Source of the DNA: Carcharhinus longimanus
Taxonomy: Eukaryota
Direction of reading: 5' to 3'
Assembly (NCBI GenBank): GCA_030264375.1
Contig: JASCQW010000146.1
Coordinates: 26,407,544-26,471,543 of the forward strand
DNA length: 64,000 nt
The position numbers and the translations under genes are program-made. Below are positions 12,024 to 25,869 of this stretch, in pieces. Below the pieces are notes generated by a model. That model saw only the letters and a list, made by a program, of their open reading frames with translations, was not told the origin of the DNA and ran no database searches. Within the stretch, counting starts at the first letter, position 1. Every line of letters starts with the position of its first letter.

Positions 12024-13282
12024 CTAAATTATTACAAGTTGGGAAAAAAAAGCTAGACTATTTAAAACGGTCATTATATGGTAATATAATGATTGAATGC
12101 TGCTAGAAATGAGGCCACAGCATACAATAAAGCATGTTAGACTCTGCAAAATCTGACTATTCGGAGCTGTTTGATGAGGTTCACTGTATAGAACCCTTTC
12201 CAAATTGGATCAAATACCCAAATGTACAAGAACACTTGGCAAGAGCTTTGAGAATTTGTGTTTGTCTAAAACGGTATTAAATGGACTGCATTAGTTTTTT
12301 GCAACAAATTCTAATAATCCACATACTTGATGTCCCCATTTCAGAGTTGGGGATAAAATGATTACAGCCTTTGATAAATATAGAATACAACTGAATGCAC
12401 CATACTCAAGGTCTCTCCCAGCTGAGAGAATTGGAACAAAATGCAAACACAAAGGGATGCTTTGCTTTCCGTCACTGAACGCAACATGAATTAACAGCCA
12501 TTTTATTCAGCCAAATAAAGATACAGGACACAGGCACTAAAAGGCAAAGAGATCTTTATCTTTTGTTAACCTTCCAACTCACTAAAATGTGACAGAACTT
12601 ATCACAAGCAGAAAGAACACATTCCACTGTGAAACTCTGATAAATTGAATAGGTCAGTTATACCTGTGATTAACTTGATCGGTAGGTCGCCACTATTTTC
12701 CTTTGTAAAACACCTATCACTTGTTTGCAAAACACCTAGTGGAAGTAAGTTTGGTTTGCCATTCATTTTACTGTTGTCTGTAGGAGCTTGTACTGCACAA
12801 AGCCGCTGCATCATGTGTGTAATTTAGAACAGTGGCTAATCTTCAATAATAATCACTGGTTGCGCGGAATTTCATTATGTGCTAAAGTGAAAATCTTCTC
12901 ATTCAGTTATGTTCCTTGTATTTGGTAAAACACAAATTTAAGGAAAAACAGATACAGTATCATGTTACCATCAAGCTTTTAAAAGTCGAAATTAGAAAAC
13001 ACATTGTCTTCCCAGAATACCAATTTTATTGCTTCCGGATAATGTTCAAAACTTCTGATTTCTGAATACATCCTTCTAATGGGTCTGAAAATATTTTAGA
13101 GGGCTGGATCTCGAATTTGGTTTATCATCTGAAGAACAGATTCAGGAATTCAGACAGAATTTTAATGAAGAAACTATTAGCTTCTAATTTGAATTGTTAG
13201 ATTGTATATCATCAGTGGGCTTTATAGTGGCGAATAGACTTGTGGTTATGTACAAATTTAAAAAAAACTTAATATTCAGTAC

Positions 13283-13514
13283 CTTTAGCTGCAGGATCCT
13301 CATCTGCTCCAGTTGACCGTCCAATTAGCTCTTCACCACGACGTTTAAGAGCTTCAAAAGATGGCTGAAGCTTTTCTAGCTCCATTGCAATATTTTTGTT
13401 CTCATTGATGTGCTCTTTAATCTTCTCAACCTCGGCAGGTATCGATGGGGGCATCCGCATTCGATCAGCGATGTGTTCCAGAGACTCTAACATCGGATCA
13501 ATCTTATCATGGAA
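13283..13514 (-). CDS. MACF1: MACF1 exon, 232 nt ([13 protein letters not shown]...ADEDPAAK)
   Basis: tttag|TTC ... AAA G|gtactg; phase 0/1. Confidence 0.95.
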
Positions 13515-14238
13515 CTAAACAGACCATAAGAGGAATTGGCATTGACTGAAAATTTTCTCAGAATTATTCTTCATCTGAAATTGTCTGTGTAGCAGGAACT
13601 CTCTCAGTACAAACTCAAGAAAAGCAATGAGCAGCAACATTTTAATAGACATTTTGCAGTAAAAACATGCATAGCATTTAAGTAAAATCTGTTCTTGTAT
13701 CAATGTTTATAAAAAACGCCTAACTTATTGAGGGATCGAATAATCCACTTAATTGAAGGCGGCCGATTCACCTAGATTTCCATGTGATGTTGAGAAATGT
13801 TTTTATAAATCTTCTAAAAAACACATGAAACTAGTGGAAAGAAAACAGAAATATTGACACTCTTGCATCAAATGTAATTCCATTTTTGTAGTTGGAGAAA
13901 GGGGAATTTATTCTGCGTAAGCTAAACACAGATATTTTATTTTTCATTTCTGTTCCAACTTGGGACTACTGAAAGATTTGACCTGAGTGTTATAAAACTG
14001 TGTTACAATTATGACTAACAGTTGGGATTGGCATCTTGCTGTAAACAATCAACAAGCAAATTAGAATTCATTATGGCAAGTTATATTTTTATGCAACTGT
14101 ATAAAATGAAGACCAAAATGAGCAATTTTTAAAAATAAATATATAATGAAACAATTTTGAGATTACATAATTTATTTCATTTAGCATTTGGAATTGTTTG
14201 TTTATAATTTTGCATTTATCAAACATTTATTTAGCAAA

Positions 14239-14581
14239 GGGCAGCACAGTGGTTAGCACTGCTGCCTCACAGCATCAGGGCCTGGGTTTGATTCTGGCCT
14301 TGTGTGACTGTGCGCAGTTTGCATGTTCTCCTTGTGTCTGCACTGGTTTCCTCCAGTTTCCTCCCACAGTCCAAAGACGTGCAGGTTAGGTAGACTGATC
14401 ATGCAAAATTGCCCCTTAGTCTCCAAAGATGTTAGGTTAGGTGGATTAGCCATGGTAAATGGCAGGATTGCGAAGATCAGGCAGGGGGGGTTGGTATGGG
14501 TGAAATGTTCTTTCCACGAGTTGGTGCAAACTTGAAGGGCCAAATGGCCTCCTCCTGCACTATAGGGATTCTATGGTTCTA
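14239..14581 (+). mobile_element. tRNA-derived SINE, HE1/V-SINE-like, near full length
   Basis: Head gggcagcacagtggttagcactgctgcctcacag, core gtttcctcc..cccacagtccaaagacgtgcaggttagg, tail ctgcactatagggattctatg. Confidence 0.85.
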
Positions 14582-15634
14582 CGCTGGTGAAGTGGAAGAT
14601 TACCAATAATTATTTTATATATTAAGTTCAATTTGCAAATTAAAGTTTTTACTCACCTACAAAGATTAAAACAAGTGTTTTTGACTTGTCACAATCATAG
14701 TTAAACAAATCCCCTCTGTGTAGCCAATCTTTTTGATTCCATGATAAATGATAGATATTTTACTCAAAACCAAACATTCCAAAGGTTGATTATGCTCAAC
14801 CTTGCCTATCAATTTAGGAGACCTATTTCATTGGTTGATATCAAAAGAACAGAACAATCAATACAACAGGGACTCAAGTCAGTGACAAAGAGTAAGGGAT
14901 CCATGAACAAAAATATACGATTCTGAATATTATAATTCCATCAAATCATACGCCAGAACTGGGTCTTTACAATGACTTATCAACGTACTAGCTGTGAAAA
15001 TTTCCCTTTGACTCGGGAACCAGGATTCAAATTGAGCCCAGATGGTTGGGAGGAAATTTTATTTTCCATATAGTTGTGGAGGTCCAAACTTAAATCAATT
15101 TGAGATCTCAATCATGTTAGAAGTGGAAGGTACCCACAATTCAGAACTAAAGACAATGACACTCAGGCAGAAGCGGAATGGAATGATTGCTCTGGTGGAA
15201 TAGTGGTTTTTGAGGTTGAACTCAAGGCAATGATTAGAATAATTAAGTGAGGGACACATCAATCTAGTCTAGACACAGCAATAGAATTTAGGAGGAAAAA
15301 AACCACTCTTAATAATGACATAAAAACAGACTGAGCATCAGAAATGCTGGAAATTCATTTTAACGAAAACGTCTGCTCTTAATTACTGTGCTACAGAGGA
15401 AACAGATCAATTCACAAAGTTCAAATCAATGTATTTAAAATTTCGCAAAGTTGAATGTACAACTATCCATTAAGTAATACATGGCCTTTCAGAACAGCTG
15501 TAAATTGTGCAGGGACTGTTCTTTACTTGTCAAAGTTTCAGGTAACTATTAACAACAGACTTATCCAAAGAAAATAAAACAGAAAAGCAACCCTAAAGTG
15601 TAGCAGCATCGATTGTCCAAGGAGCTCTGCTTAC

Positions 15635-15643
15635 CTCGGCATT
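15635..15643 (-). CDS. MACF1: MACF1 9-nt microexon encoding N-A-E
   Basis: ctcattag|AAT GCC GAG|gtaagc; phase 0/0; preceded by about 118 nt with no AG; lies where I recall mammalian MACF1 having an optional ITE/IAE tripeptide (SQSTQ-ITE-FHDKI). Confidence 0.8.
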
Positions 15644-16526
15644 CTAATGAGATGTGATGAACACAACAATTAAACACAACGTAGCAGGAGATGTCGGCAA
15701 ACAAACATTTAATTCCACGAGGTGAGCGGAATGGAAAACAAATGACATGTTAATATGAGAACACTATGATGGAGTAACATGAGGGAATGCATTGAACAAG
15801 ACAAATATGGAAGGGAAACACTTCACAAACATTACTTTGTTTTGCCATAGTGTTTTTGTATCATTGGAAAGAACTCTGTGTGTGCCATAATATTCTTTTA
15901 ATTCTGTTGCACTGGTCTCTTCCTCCATTTTGCTTCAATTGCTCCTAATTCTGGCTAGAATACCATGTCAAACAGAACTATTGTTAATTTTTATCACCAA
16001 CAATGATTAATTGACTAGCTAGCAAGCATGCATCAATAGCCACTACATAAAGAAATGTGCCAATCTAAAGGAGCAAATGGACAATTCAATCCAACTGACA
16101 GTCATTTCATTATAGCGAAGCAAAACATCATGTGCCTTGCAAAAGTAGTGAAATCCATCACATATATAGTAGACAACTTGAAAAACTTAAAGCAAGCACT
16201 CATCAAAAAAAAATCACCGTTTTATTTGCTGGTCAATTATTCAGTGCAAATTATTGTCCCCATCTTATTTTGTTACTTCCTTTAATGTTTCTGAAACTAA
16301 ACACAGAAGTACAATAGCTCTAGCATAGAGTGTGCCTCTCATTTTCAAAAAACATTACTGATGTTGATCAAGGAGATGTCTGTAACCTAGACTTGTCAGC
16401 ACTCTGCAGAAGCAAGAAGTGATAGCTGTGGGGAGCTAAAAGGATAAAAAGTTTCCCTTTTAATAAACAAATAATTAGCCTTAAACAAAACCTATGCAAA
16501 CATATACAGCTACAATCAAAGAGTAC

Positions 16527-16730
16527 CTGAGCAGACTGTGAAATGGCTTCATCCAATGCCAAAGCCCGCTGTCTTGCATCCTGTTTTATTTTAGCATAAA
16601 GTGCTTCAGCTGTGGTATATTTCTCATGAACCATTTTACCCTCATCAGGATTCAATACCATCAACTGAGGACCAATCTTCATCAATTTATCAATATGGGG
16701 CTTGTGTTCCGAGATTGATTCACGAAGTTG
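16527..16730 (-). CDS. MACF1: MACF1 exon, 204 nt ([15 protein letters not shown]...EAISQSAQ)
   Basis: aacag|CAA ... CAG|gtactc; phase 0/0. Confidence 0.95.
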
Positions 16731-17910
16731 CTGTTATAAAACGATATACAGATTTCACAGTTAGAAAGAATGTCTAAATACATTCTGGCGTAAGACAACA
16801 TCATTTATATTAGATGAAACAACATCACTCGGGCAAGCTCAACACTCCTGTGCCCAGTGAGCCACACTCAAAGGGAGTCTGGGTTAGAACAAGGCTATAA
16901 TACTTAATAAATCGCAGGAGGTTACTTGGCGCTTTGAATCTGCTTCACTTTCAATAAGATCATGACTGCATCTACTTCAGCTGCACATACCCAAATTGAG
17001 AGATATGGGGACAATTCCCTTAATATCCAAGAAACTGCCAAACTTTACCTGGCCTGGAATTTACTGATGAACGTAAAGTTTCCTGAGGCAGAGAATTCCT
17101 AATGTTCACAGCATTTTTAGAGCTGAAGAAGCTCTGGGGATCATTTAGACTCAAAACATTGGCACTATTCTCAATATATCCACTATGGGGATATGTATAC
17201 ATATAGATTTTACATATATTAATTGGGCTGTAAACTGGCTGGGTTGCCCAGGTTTTGGCAGCTACAGTGAGACGAGGTCAGCCTCATAGGCACTTCTTAC
17301 AGATCATACAAAGAAAAAGTGCTTGCTCTTGCAAGCTCACCCTCTCAACCTTATAAACCCATCACAGACACAGACATCCTATCAACCATTCCCAACCTCT
17401 ATGCTTTGAGATTGGGCCAATCCACTCTATCCCACTTCAGGGTCAGCGATTGAAACAACCGGATTCTGCAGCCTTTTGTTCAGTGTTCTTCACCTGACTG
17501 GAAGCTAAATCTGTCAGTTCAGCCAACTTCTGGGCAAGGAACCTGTCAGTGACGCAAGGCACATCATGGAGTTAAAACATAATAGCATGCAGCACAACAC
17601 AAGCTCCAGGGTTTCCAATGTGCTGCCAGACCACATGCTTCAAATGCCTCAGTTAAAATTCCTCCCTTTATGGCTGGTCTGATGTAATACAGTCTCCTCT
17701 CCCCTTCATTGATGCATGGAAATACCATGCACAGTAGAACTCCACAGACAACATACACAATTTCCTCATCCCCTGCTGATTATTTCAATCCCAATATCAT
17801 TTACTGGTGCCAATTGAGAATCTGGTTACCTGAAGTATACTGGAGGTATGTAAACACAAATGGTACTTAAAAGAAACAGGCCAAACTACACATTGTCCTT
17901 TTATCCTTAC

Positions 17911-18129
17911 CCTCATTTCTTCCTGTTGTAGTTTCAGCATCTCATGGTCAACAGCTGGTGGTGGGAGCTGTGTTATCAGAGTTCTGGTCTCGTCAAGCCA
18001 TGGACATAGCTCCTCATATGTTTCCCAAAACTGGTTAATCAGGACTTGAGCCCGCTCTAATTGGGAGTACCTTTCAGTGTTCATCTGACTGACTGTCTCG
18101 TACTGCTGCTGCAACAAGTCCATCTTCTC
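17911..18129 (-). CDS. MACF1: MACF1 exon, 219 nt (EKMDLLQQQYE...QQEEMR)
   Basis: catag|GAG ... AGG|gtaagg; phase 0/0. Confidence 0.95.
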
Positions 18130-18483
18130 CTATGTGGATTGTATACATATAGATGTACATATTTAAGATTGCAGCACAATAATTAAAATCTCACTATTAT
18201 TAAAAGAAGTTAACTGCAGGCAAATGGTTTGTTATTGGTGAGCTAGAACACATCAGCGTTATGATAGGACCGTCTTTAAAATATTTAAAGTCTAGACTGA
18301 CAAATTTACATGAAATTTCTCTGAAATTGCAAGATTTCTGTATTACGGTCTGCAAGTAATGATTCATTTTGTGTCAGAAGGATAAACATATAAATTCACA
18401 CCTTAATGTTATGAAATGGTACAATATGTAAACATGTATTCTGTTATAGTGGCTGGCCTTCTACAGAATTAAAGAAATAATAC

Positions 18484-18591
18484 CTGCAACATAGTCTTCT
18501 GTTCATCACCACAATTACTCAAGATTTCTTCTTGAGTGTTGCTCAATTCATCTATGGAATCCTTGTGCCTTATGATGTCTATTGAAAAGGC
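18484..18591 (-). CDS. MACF1: MACF1 exon, 108 nt (AFSIDIIRHKDSIDEL...QKTMLQ)
   Basis: tttag|GCC ... CAG|gtatta; phase 0/0. Confidence 0.94.
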
Positions 18592-19450
18592 CTAAAAACA
18601 TTAAAGAAAAATTTGTAAAACATGAAATAAATTAACACTACTGTAAGTTCGCTAGTACACTTACTGTACATAGTGTGTAATAATCTCCAATTTCTGGCCT
18701 CGACAGATTAAAATTAACTTTTATTTTATGTTAACGTGATGGGCACAAAGTCATGGATGAATGAACCCTAGTTATATTAATAGAAATAAATCAGAAGTTT
18801 TAGATAATCAGAAAATTGTACATTCTTTTTGCATGGTAAATTATGTGAATTTCAACATGAATCAGTCTATTTTGGGTCTACCGTACATAAACTGGTTTGT
18901 AAATGATATTTAAAATAAATTTCAGACTTTGTATAAGAGCTACTAAGATGCAGACGTAAGCACCCAAAATAGGATTGAATTGTTACTTAAAAAGCTCAAA
19001 CTCCCACTGGACATATGCAAGATTGGGATGAGCTCATTTGGTTCAAACGATAAAAAAATTGTAAGTTTACACCCATCACCTATCATATAACACATCAACT
19101 ACCCCGTATGCATTATTAATATACTTGTACTCTATGGAGGGATAGAGGGAAGAAATAAATTGTTCATAGTCTGCCAACTAACCTATCTGCAAATAGTAAA
19201 TGCACATAATTATATTAGCTTAAATTCCGCCTGCAGAATCTGACTTTATGTTGAATCCTAATCTTTTATTCACCACTGAAGTAGGCACTGAGATTAACTA
19301 ATGCAAGGTAGCCTCGCTATTCTTTACAGATTTCAGACTAACCCTTAATTGGGGGATAATCTCCAATCGTTGGAGTCCTTCCCCCCACCACTCACTTGTG
19401 TTGTGTATTGAGCCAAGTCTCAAAAGCGAGGAAGGAAAGAAAAACTACAA

Positions 19451-19645
19451 TAGAATCATAGAATTCCTCCAGTGCAGAGAGAGGCTATTTAGCCCATCAA
19501 GTCTCTACAGACTCGCCGACACAGCATCACACCCAGGCTCTATCCCTGTAACTCCATGCATTTACCTCACTAATCCCACTAACCTACACATCTTGGGACA
19601 CTAAGGCAATTTAGCATGTGCACTTAACCTGCACATCTTTGGACT
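19451..19645 (-). mobile_element. HE1/V-SINE-like SINE, 3' half
   Basis: tagaatcatagaattcctccagtgcag..cctgcacatctttggact. Confidence 0.7.
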
Positions 19646-20064
19646 TCTCTGTGAGTTATGAACAAAACATAAGGAATTAAACTATATTAACAGAGGTGAT
19701 TTGCCACACAATTTTTTTTCCCTATAACTTCTATTAATGTTTCCTGAATGTTTCTTTTTGACTTGGTCAAGACACTATGATTGCCCATTGTTGCCATGGC
19801 CTTTGCACACGCTCTCAAGCCTCTCACACGCTATGTGCTGACTGGAAGGGAAAACAGTTGAGAGAAAACTAATTAAAAAACAAGAAAGCAATCAAATCTT
19901 TTCAGAAGATTTAATATAGGATATGCAATAAACAAAATTGCACTGAGAAATGCATGCAGCACATGTTACAAATATTTTGTGCACAATGAAGTGCAGCATT
20001 TGTTTAAAGGCTACCTAGGTAAATGGATATGAGTACTGCACCATATCATACACATCATTCCTAC

Positions 20065-20184
20065 CTTCTGCACCTGTAGTTGAGCTGTTGTCTGATCTTG
20101 TTCCAGCCTTATTGGGCCCAAGGCTGTCAACTTTCGCATGGTTTCTGCTACCCAGGTAAGTTCGGAGTCAGCAGCCTGCTCATA
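20065..20184 (-). CDS. MACF1: MACF1 exon, 120 nt ([15 protein letters not shown]...AQLQVQK)
   Basis: gctag|TAT ... AAG|gtagga; phase 0/0. Confidence 0.94.
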
Positions 20185-21094
20185 CTAGCAGAAAGGAGAA
20201 GCAGCAAGGAGCATTAAGGAAACAAAGCAGACACACAGCTGCGACAAAAACACATGGACAGAAATGAAACAGAACTGCAATTTGGAACACAGGTAGTGCC
20301 AGAAAAATTGAGTAAAACCACTTTGACTCTCAGTTAAAAAGTGTAGTAGGTCATTGCTTAGAGTCGTTTCACAACTTTTTAGAACAGTACACAAGGTCCA
20401 CAGCTGCAGTGTGTTAAATCATGGCCTTGTTTTGTTGCAATGCACAGTAATACAGTGCTAAATTTAGTTTCATTTATTTTAATACAAGATGCTGGGAAGG
20501 ATAATTACATTTAGCAATTTTTAAAAAATTTTGATTTAGTAAAAATAATGCAAATTAATTCTAAATTAAAACGAAATCTGGAAATTCAAAATGTATCTTG
20601 TATACTGACACTGACTGTTTTGAATTGCAGATCAAAGGAATATACTTACTAGCACTCAAAACAGATTTGAATCACGTTTTACTGTATCAACCGTGGATGC
20701 TGCCAACAGGGTTAGATTTTGATTCCCAGTGAGGACAAGCAGGATAGGATAGAATAACGAATATGCAGCAATACTAAACATTATCCAAGAATTTAACCAT
20801 CTCCTATGTAGCAACGTTTTAAACAAAATATACTGAACTCAGCAAACAGTGTGAGCAGTAATTATCTTAAGATTTTGATCTGTCTCAATTACCTGTATTT
20901 CATTTTGCAAGCATTTCAAACCCTGACAGCTGTGTAAAGTCATACCTCCTACATATGCTCCTCAACTTTACTGACGGTTTTACCTATTTATCCTATCAAA
21001 ATATTCACAACTTGAAAAAGCTTTATGTCACCTCTTCCTTGCCCTTTCTTCTTCAACATGCCTTAGCATAGCACACCTTACCAAGGATATACTG

Positions 21095-21550
21095 ATCCAG
21101 GAAGGAGTGGAGCATAGATTTTCCAGAATGATACCTGGACTCGAGGGCTAAATCAAAGGGAGATTACACAAGCTAGGGTTGTATTCCTTAACATTTAGGA
21201 AATTAAAAAAGTTAGTTGATATACTTTGTCAAGAACTTAAAAGGGAATTGATAAAGAGACTACTGTTGTTTGGGAAATATAGGGCTCAGACAAAGCATAA
21301 AGGTTAGAGCCAGGCTTTTCAGGGATGAAGTTAGGAAACAATTCTAAACGTCCGGTGTGACAGAAATTCTGAACTTTTCTGCAAGCTGGGTCAGTTAATT
21401 TTAACTAGGAGACAAACAGATTTTTGCTAGTCGTAAATATTAAGGGAAATGAAGCACTGACAGGTACAGCAAACTAGATCACAGGTCAGCAGGCTCTCAC
21501 TGAATGGTGGAATAGGCTTGAGGAGTTAAATGATCTGCTTGTGCTCCTAT
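21095..21550 (+). mobile_element. CR1-like LINE 3' fragment (old)
   Basis: Degenerate RT C-terminus and tail (tgaatggtggaataggcttgaggagttaaatg..tgctccta). Confidence 0.55.
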
Positions 21551-22869
21551 AACCTCAGAGCTCTAGTGACTTATTTGAAATTTTCATGCCTTTTAGTACA
21601 ATGCTTGTCACTTATATTAAATAGCCTGCTCTGATCTGAATATGAGTGTACTTTCTTGTGAATCCTAATGAAGAAACAGGAGTTGGAAAAGGAAGCAGTT
21701 TTTCTTTGTCAGCTGTCCACACTGGTTCATGTTTATCCATATTGAATTTGAGAGGATTAAAGTTTTGAGGATACATTTGACATTGCAAAATCAAACAGTT
21801 AACACAATACAGGGTCAGGGTTATTTAACATTTCTTGTAAGATGTCAAAAGTAGCAATCAGAATACATCAGATGTTGAGCATTTAGAATGGACTTTAATA
21901 GTTGCAAACTAGCCCAGGCCCTGCTGCAGAATGAAAAAAGAGTTGTTTCGTTCGTACCATTAAAAATGTGACAGTGTACATTACCTTCCATTACTGAGGG
22001 CCATTGCATGGCAAATTCATAATAAAACACTGCAAAAATGTTAATTTTGGAACCCATATTTCATTCATCAGCAGCTTCAGAATGTTTCTATTTCAATCCT
22101 GTTAACATTTTCAAGCATACAGAGGAAAGCGGAATAGGTGAATTTTGTTTGATGTGGCTCTTCAGAAGGTGAAAAACCATGAAGTTTGATAGTGGAGGAG
22201 TTAGCTACTGAAGAATCAAAGCTCTTGAAAGTGATGACAACACATAATACATAAAACATAGCTAAGTTTAACCCTTTTAGTGTTGCATATCGTTAACAGC
22301 ATTCTACTAGCCAAGTTTCCCATTTATATTTATTTTTCAGCCTTAATCTGCAAAATTGTATTTGAAAAAGAAAGAAAAATTGAAGAGTTATCAACACTCT
22401 CCAATGGAAAACTTGTATCAAAAATGTTTCTTTGCATCTCAAAAATGATATCCTTAAAGGGTTAAACATTAAAGAACTTCAAACAAATAAGTTAGGCAAA
22501 GCACACTTTATAGCAACTAGGTACAGCAACAGTTTGACCCTGTTTCCTCAGGGCAGTGCCTTCACCGAAGAGTCAGTGAATAGCTGTCACTTATTTTGAC
22601 TGAAACAGGCACAATATGCATACCTGTTCTTTCTGTCTGCAAATAACAAGGCACTGTGTAATAATATGTAGTTTCCAGTAGATGCAAATATGTCACACTG
22701 TGAGCCTGACTGATGATCTTATATTGGCTATTAGCATAATTCTTTGCACACTGAGGACCATTGTTTACAAATGAAGTACAGATGAAAAGCTTCAACATGT
22801 CCCTTTTTTCAGCAATACTCAAGTTCTGTACTACCAAATAATTATCTCAAACTAAACCATGTGGAGTTA

Positions 22870-23590
22870 AACTGTGATATGGACTTTTAAAAAGAAGTTC
22901 AGCATAATCTCTTGCTCTTTTAATAATAAAGCTCTGAATATGATATGCTCTGTTAATTGGTGTCTCAACTTGTCCTGCCATCCTCAATGATCTATGCACA
23001 CATACATTCAGATCCCTCTGCCGATGCATCTCTTTAAGAATGATAGCCCTCATTTTATACTGCCTGTCCATGCTCTTCCTTCTAAAATGCATCACCTTAC
23101 ACTTCTCATTAAACTTCATACTTGCAAGTTTTATATCATCTGCAAACTTTGAAATTATCCCCTGCATATTAAGGTGTAGATCATTAACATATGTCAGAAG
23201 AAGCAAGGGTCCCAATATCAATCCTAGAGAACACTATTACAAACCTTCCTCCAACCTGAAAAATATCCATTGACCATTCTTGGTTTTCTATTATTCAGCC
23301 AGTTTTGTATCCACATTGTCCCTTTTATTCCATCAGCTTTAATTTCTCACAGGTCTGTTGTGTGGTATCGTATCAAATGTCTTTTTGAAAGTCTACGTGC
23401 ACCACATTAGCAGCATTGCCCTCACTGATCCTTTCCGTTTCCTCTTCAAAAAACTCCAGCAAGTTGATAAAATATGATTTTAACTTCTGGAAATTTATGC
23501 TGGTTCTTCCTAATCAATCCACGTTTTTCCATGTGAACTGCTAATTCTATCCCAAATGATTGTTTTAGAAGCTTGCCCACCCTGATTGCA
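22870..23590 (-). mobile_element. CR1-like LINE reverse-transcriptase fragment (decayed)
   Basis: ILGPLLLLTYVNDL..ISKFADDIKL..MKFNEKCKVMHF matches the CR1 RT signature LGPLLFLIYINDL..SKFADDTK. Confidence 0.85.
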
Positions 23591-24661
23591 AAGTAAGAAG
23601 TTGTCAGTATTTGAGACCAATAGAATATGGAGTCAAAATATCTGTTCAGGATCAAACATATTCTTTTTGAATGCATAATTGTCATTATACATGATAATAT
23701 TTTCCCTTTGGATGTTCACAATTATCTTAGAAAACTGATACAATTGACAGGTTATATTGGCATTTATCATACTAAAAAGTATAGAATGGTTTTTAGATAA
23801 GTTTTCTCCTCTTTCTTGGATGTCTTTACATAATAATTAAATTTTGGCTCAGAGTATACAGTCCATTCTCTTATCCACACCAAAGCTAATCTGATATTAG
23901 TGATTTGATGCAAAAAGAGTATTCTCCTACTCACTTTCCTTTATTTCTATAGAAAAGTGCCTAGTATAACTATTGTCCTTCCCTCTTTATTGTTTCTGAG
24001 AATCTTCATCCCAGGGTTCCATTACAAGCGTGTTCTAAGAATTAGGATACAACTAATTTAATTTGATCACAAGTTTATAGTGGAGATTCTAAGATACAAA
24101 ACATTATCCAATGTCTGGCCTGTCCAATATGTGCCTATTGCAACTGGTTAATGCACACCTTCTATAAAAGTGTTCAAATATTTCATCTTTGTGGGCTAAT
24201 TAGGTGTATATAATGTTCCATGTGTCATATATAAATTTTAAATCAGTGTTCTCATTAATCTGCAGATATTTCAAGTTGCTGATATTTGGAGGTGTGACTT
24301 AGGATTTATCCACTCATGAGGTAACCAATACAGATCTACAAACTTTCAACACAATAAACAAATGAGCAAGTAGTACAGGACCAAATGGAAAGGAATTGCC
24401 TCAACTTCTTCAGCCAGATCTCCAGGGTTCATGGGCCAGGCTTCTTGGAGTTCACTGGTCAGGCAGGTTATAATTTGGACAACCCTGCTCTTTAAACGTT
24501 ATTGTTATAAACATTAGTTTGCAATCCTTGCTCTTGCTTGTTTCCGTAACTGGCGTTTGTATTATGGCAACATCACATACATTTCAGAACAGCTGGATAT
24601 GCTTTGTTAATAGGCTAAAACCATTACACAAACACATCTACATGTGTTTGAGAAAATCTAC

Positions 24662-24868
24662 CTGTTGTGATCTCTGAATGGCAGCATCTATTGCTTCAAC
24701 TTTCTGCGTTACAGTGTCGCTGACAGTTTTGTATCGCTCGTTGGCTTCTGCCACCTGCCGATCCAGACCTTCTCGTGCTCTCCATGGCACTAATTCCAGC
24801 AGTGCATTGCTCACTTCATTAATTGTGTCCAGAACTAGCCGGTATTCCATCACTTCCTTCTTCAATTC
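24662..24868 (-). CDS. MACF1: MACF1 exon, 207 nt ([14 protein letters not shown]...AAIQRSQQ)
   Basis: tccag|GAA ... CAG|gtagat; phase 0/0. Confidence 0.95.
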
Positions 24869-25032
24869 CTGGATGTTAAGATTAGGAGCTTAATATTCAG
24901 TCAACCATACATGTCTGCAGTAATTTACCAAACATATCAGATGATAAGAACAATAAAATGTGAATGTTATTCCATTTTCTTCCTTTCCTAGCTTATTTTT
25001 GCCGACTCTAGATGCCTGACCTCTCTGCTTAC

Positions 25033-25274
25033 CTTTTGTCTTTCATGCACCTGTGGAATCTGTTCTCCAATTGGTGACTGTGGAGTGCTTGCAGCAAGTT
25101 CAGCCTCCACAAAATCAAGCCAGCCACACAGTTCCTCATTAAAGGCCTGGAATTTTGTTGCAAGCTGCAGAACCTGCTCTAAGGTTTTCAGCGCCCTGGA
25201 ACTGGAAGAAGTAATTTCCGCATAACGACTCTTAATACCATCCAATTTCTCCTGAATTATTATTACTTCTTCAC
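25033..25274 (-). CDS. MACF1: MACF1 exon, 242 nt (GEEVIIIQEKLDGIKSRY...VHERQK)
   Basis: ctcag|GT GAA ... AAG|gtaagc; phase 1/0. Confidence 0.95.
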
Positions 25275-25869
25275 CTGAGGAAATGAAATATCAGTGAAGG
25301 AAATATTGGATAGGTATGCACAATAAAATAGGAATATCTTAACATTTAAACAAGAACACATCAAGAACTACAAAAGTCTTAGTTTTTTATTGGAACTTGA
25401 TTGGGCATTCCATTCAAAAAAGGACGAAAATCTCCAGTTTGAAGAACTGTAAAATTACGACTGTAAATACCTGTGAAAGGATTTTGCTTCACCTGTGGGG
25501 CTAATTTGCAAACCATCCATTCAAACTTGTTCAAACATCCATTCATCTAACTTAGTGAATCCAAAATTCTGAAATCTACCTTTTTTTTTAAATTAATTGA
25601 ATGTTTCAAAAGAAGTCTGCTGGTACAATACATTTAAAAACCACGAATGGTAAATACACATCAAGTTCCATAAATAGTGTTTAAATAAACATCAATGAAT
25701 GTTAACGGTGATATTTTGCTTTACTTCTCCATTAAACCACACTTGCTCAGAAATGTTGGTGGAAACACAAAAATAATTGCTAACGCTATGACAATGACCT
25801 AGTCAGATTATAGTATGATTTCAACATATTTTGTGTTATATGAAGGATACAAATAACAAGGATTAAAAA

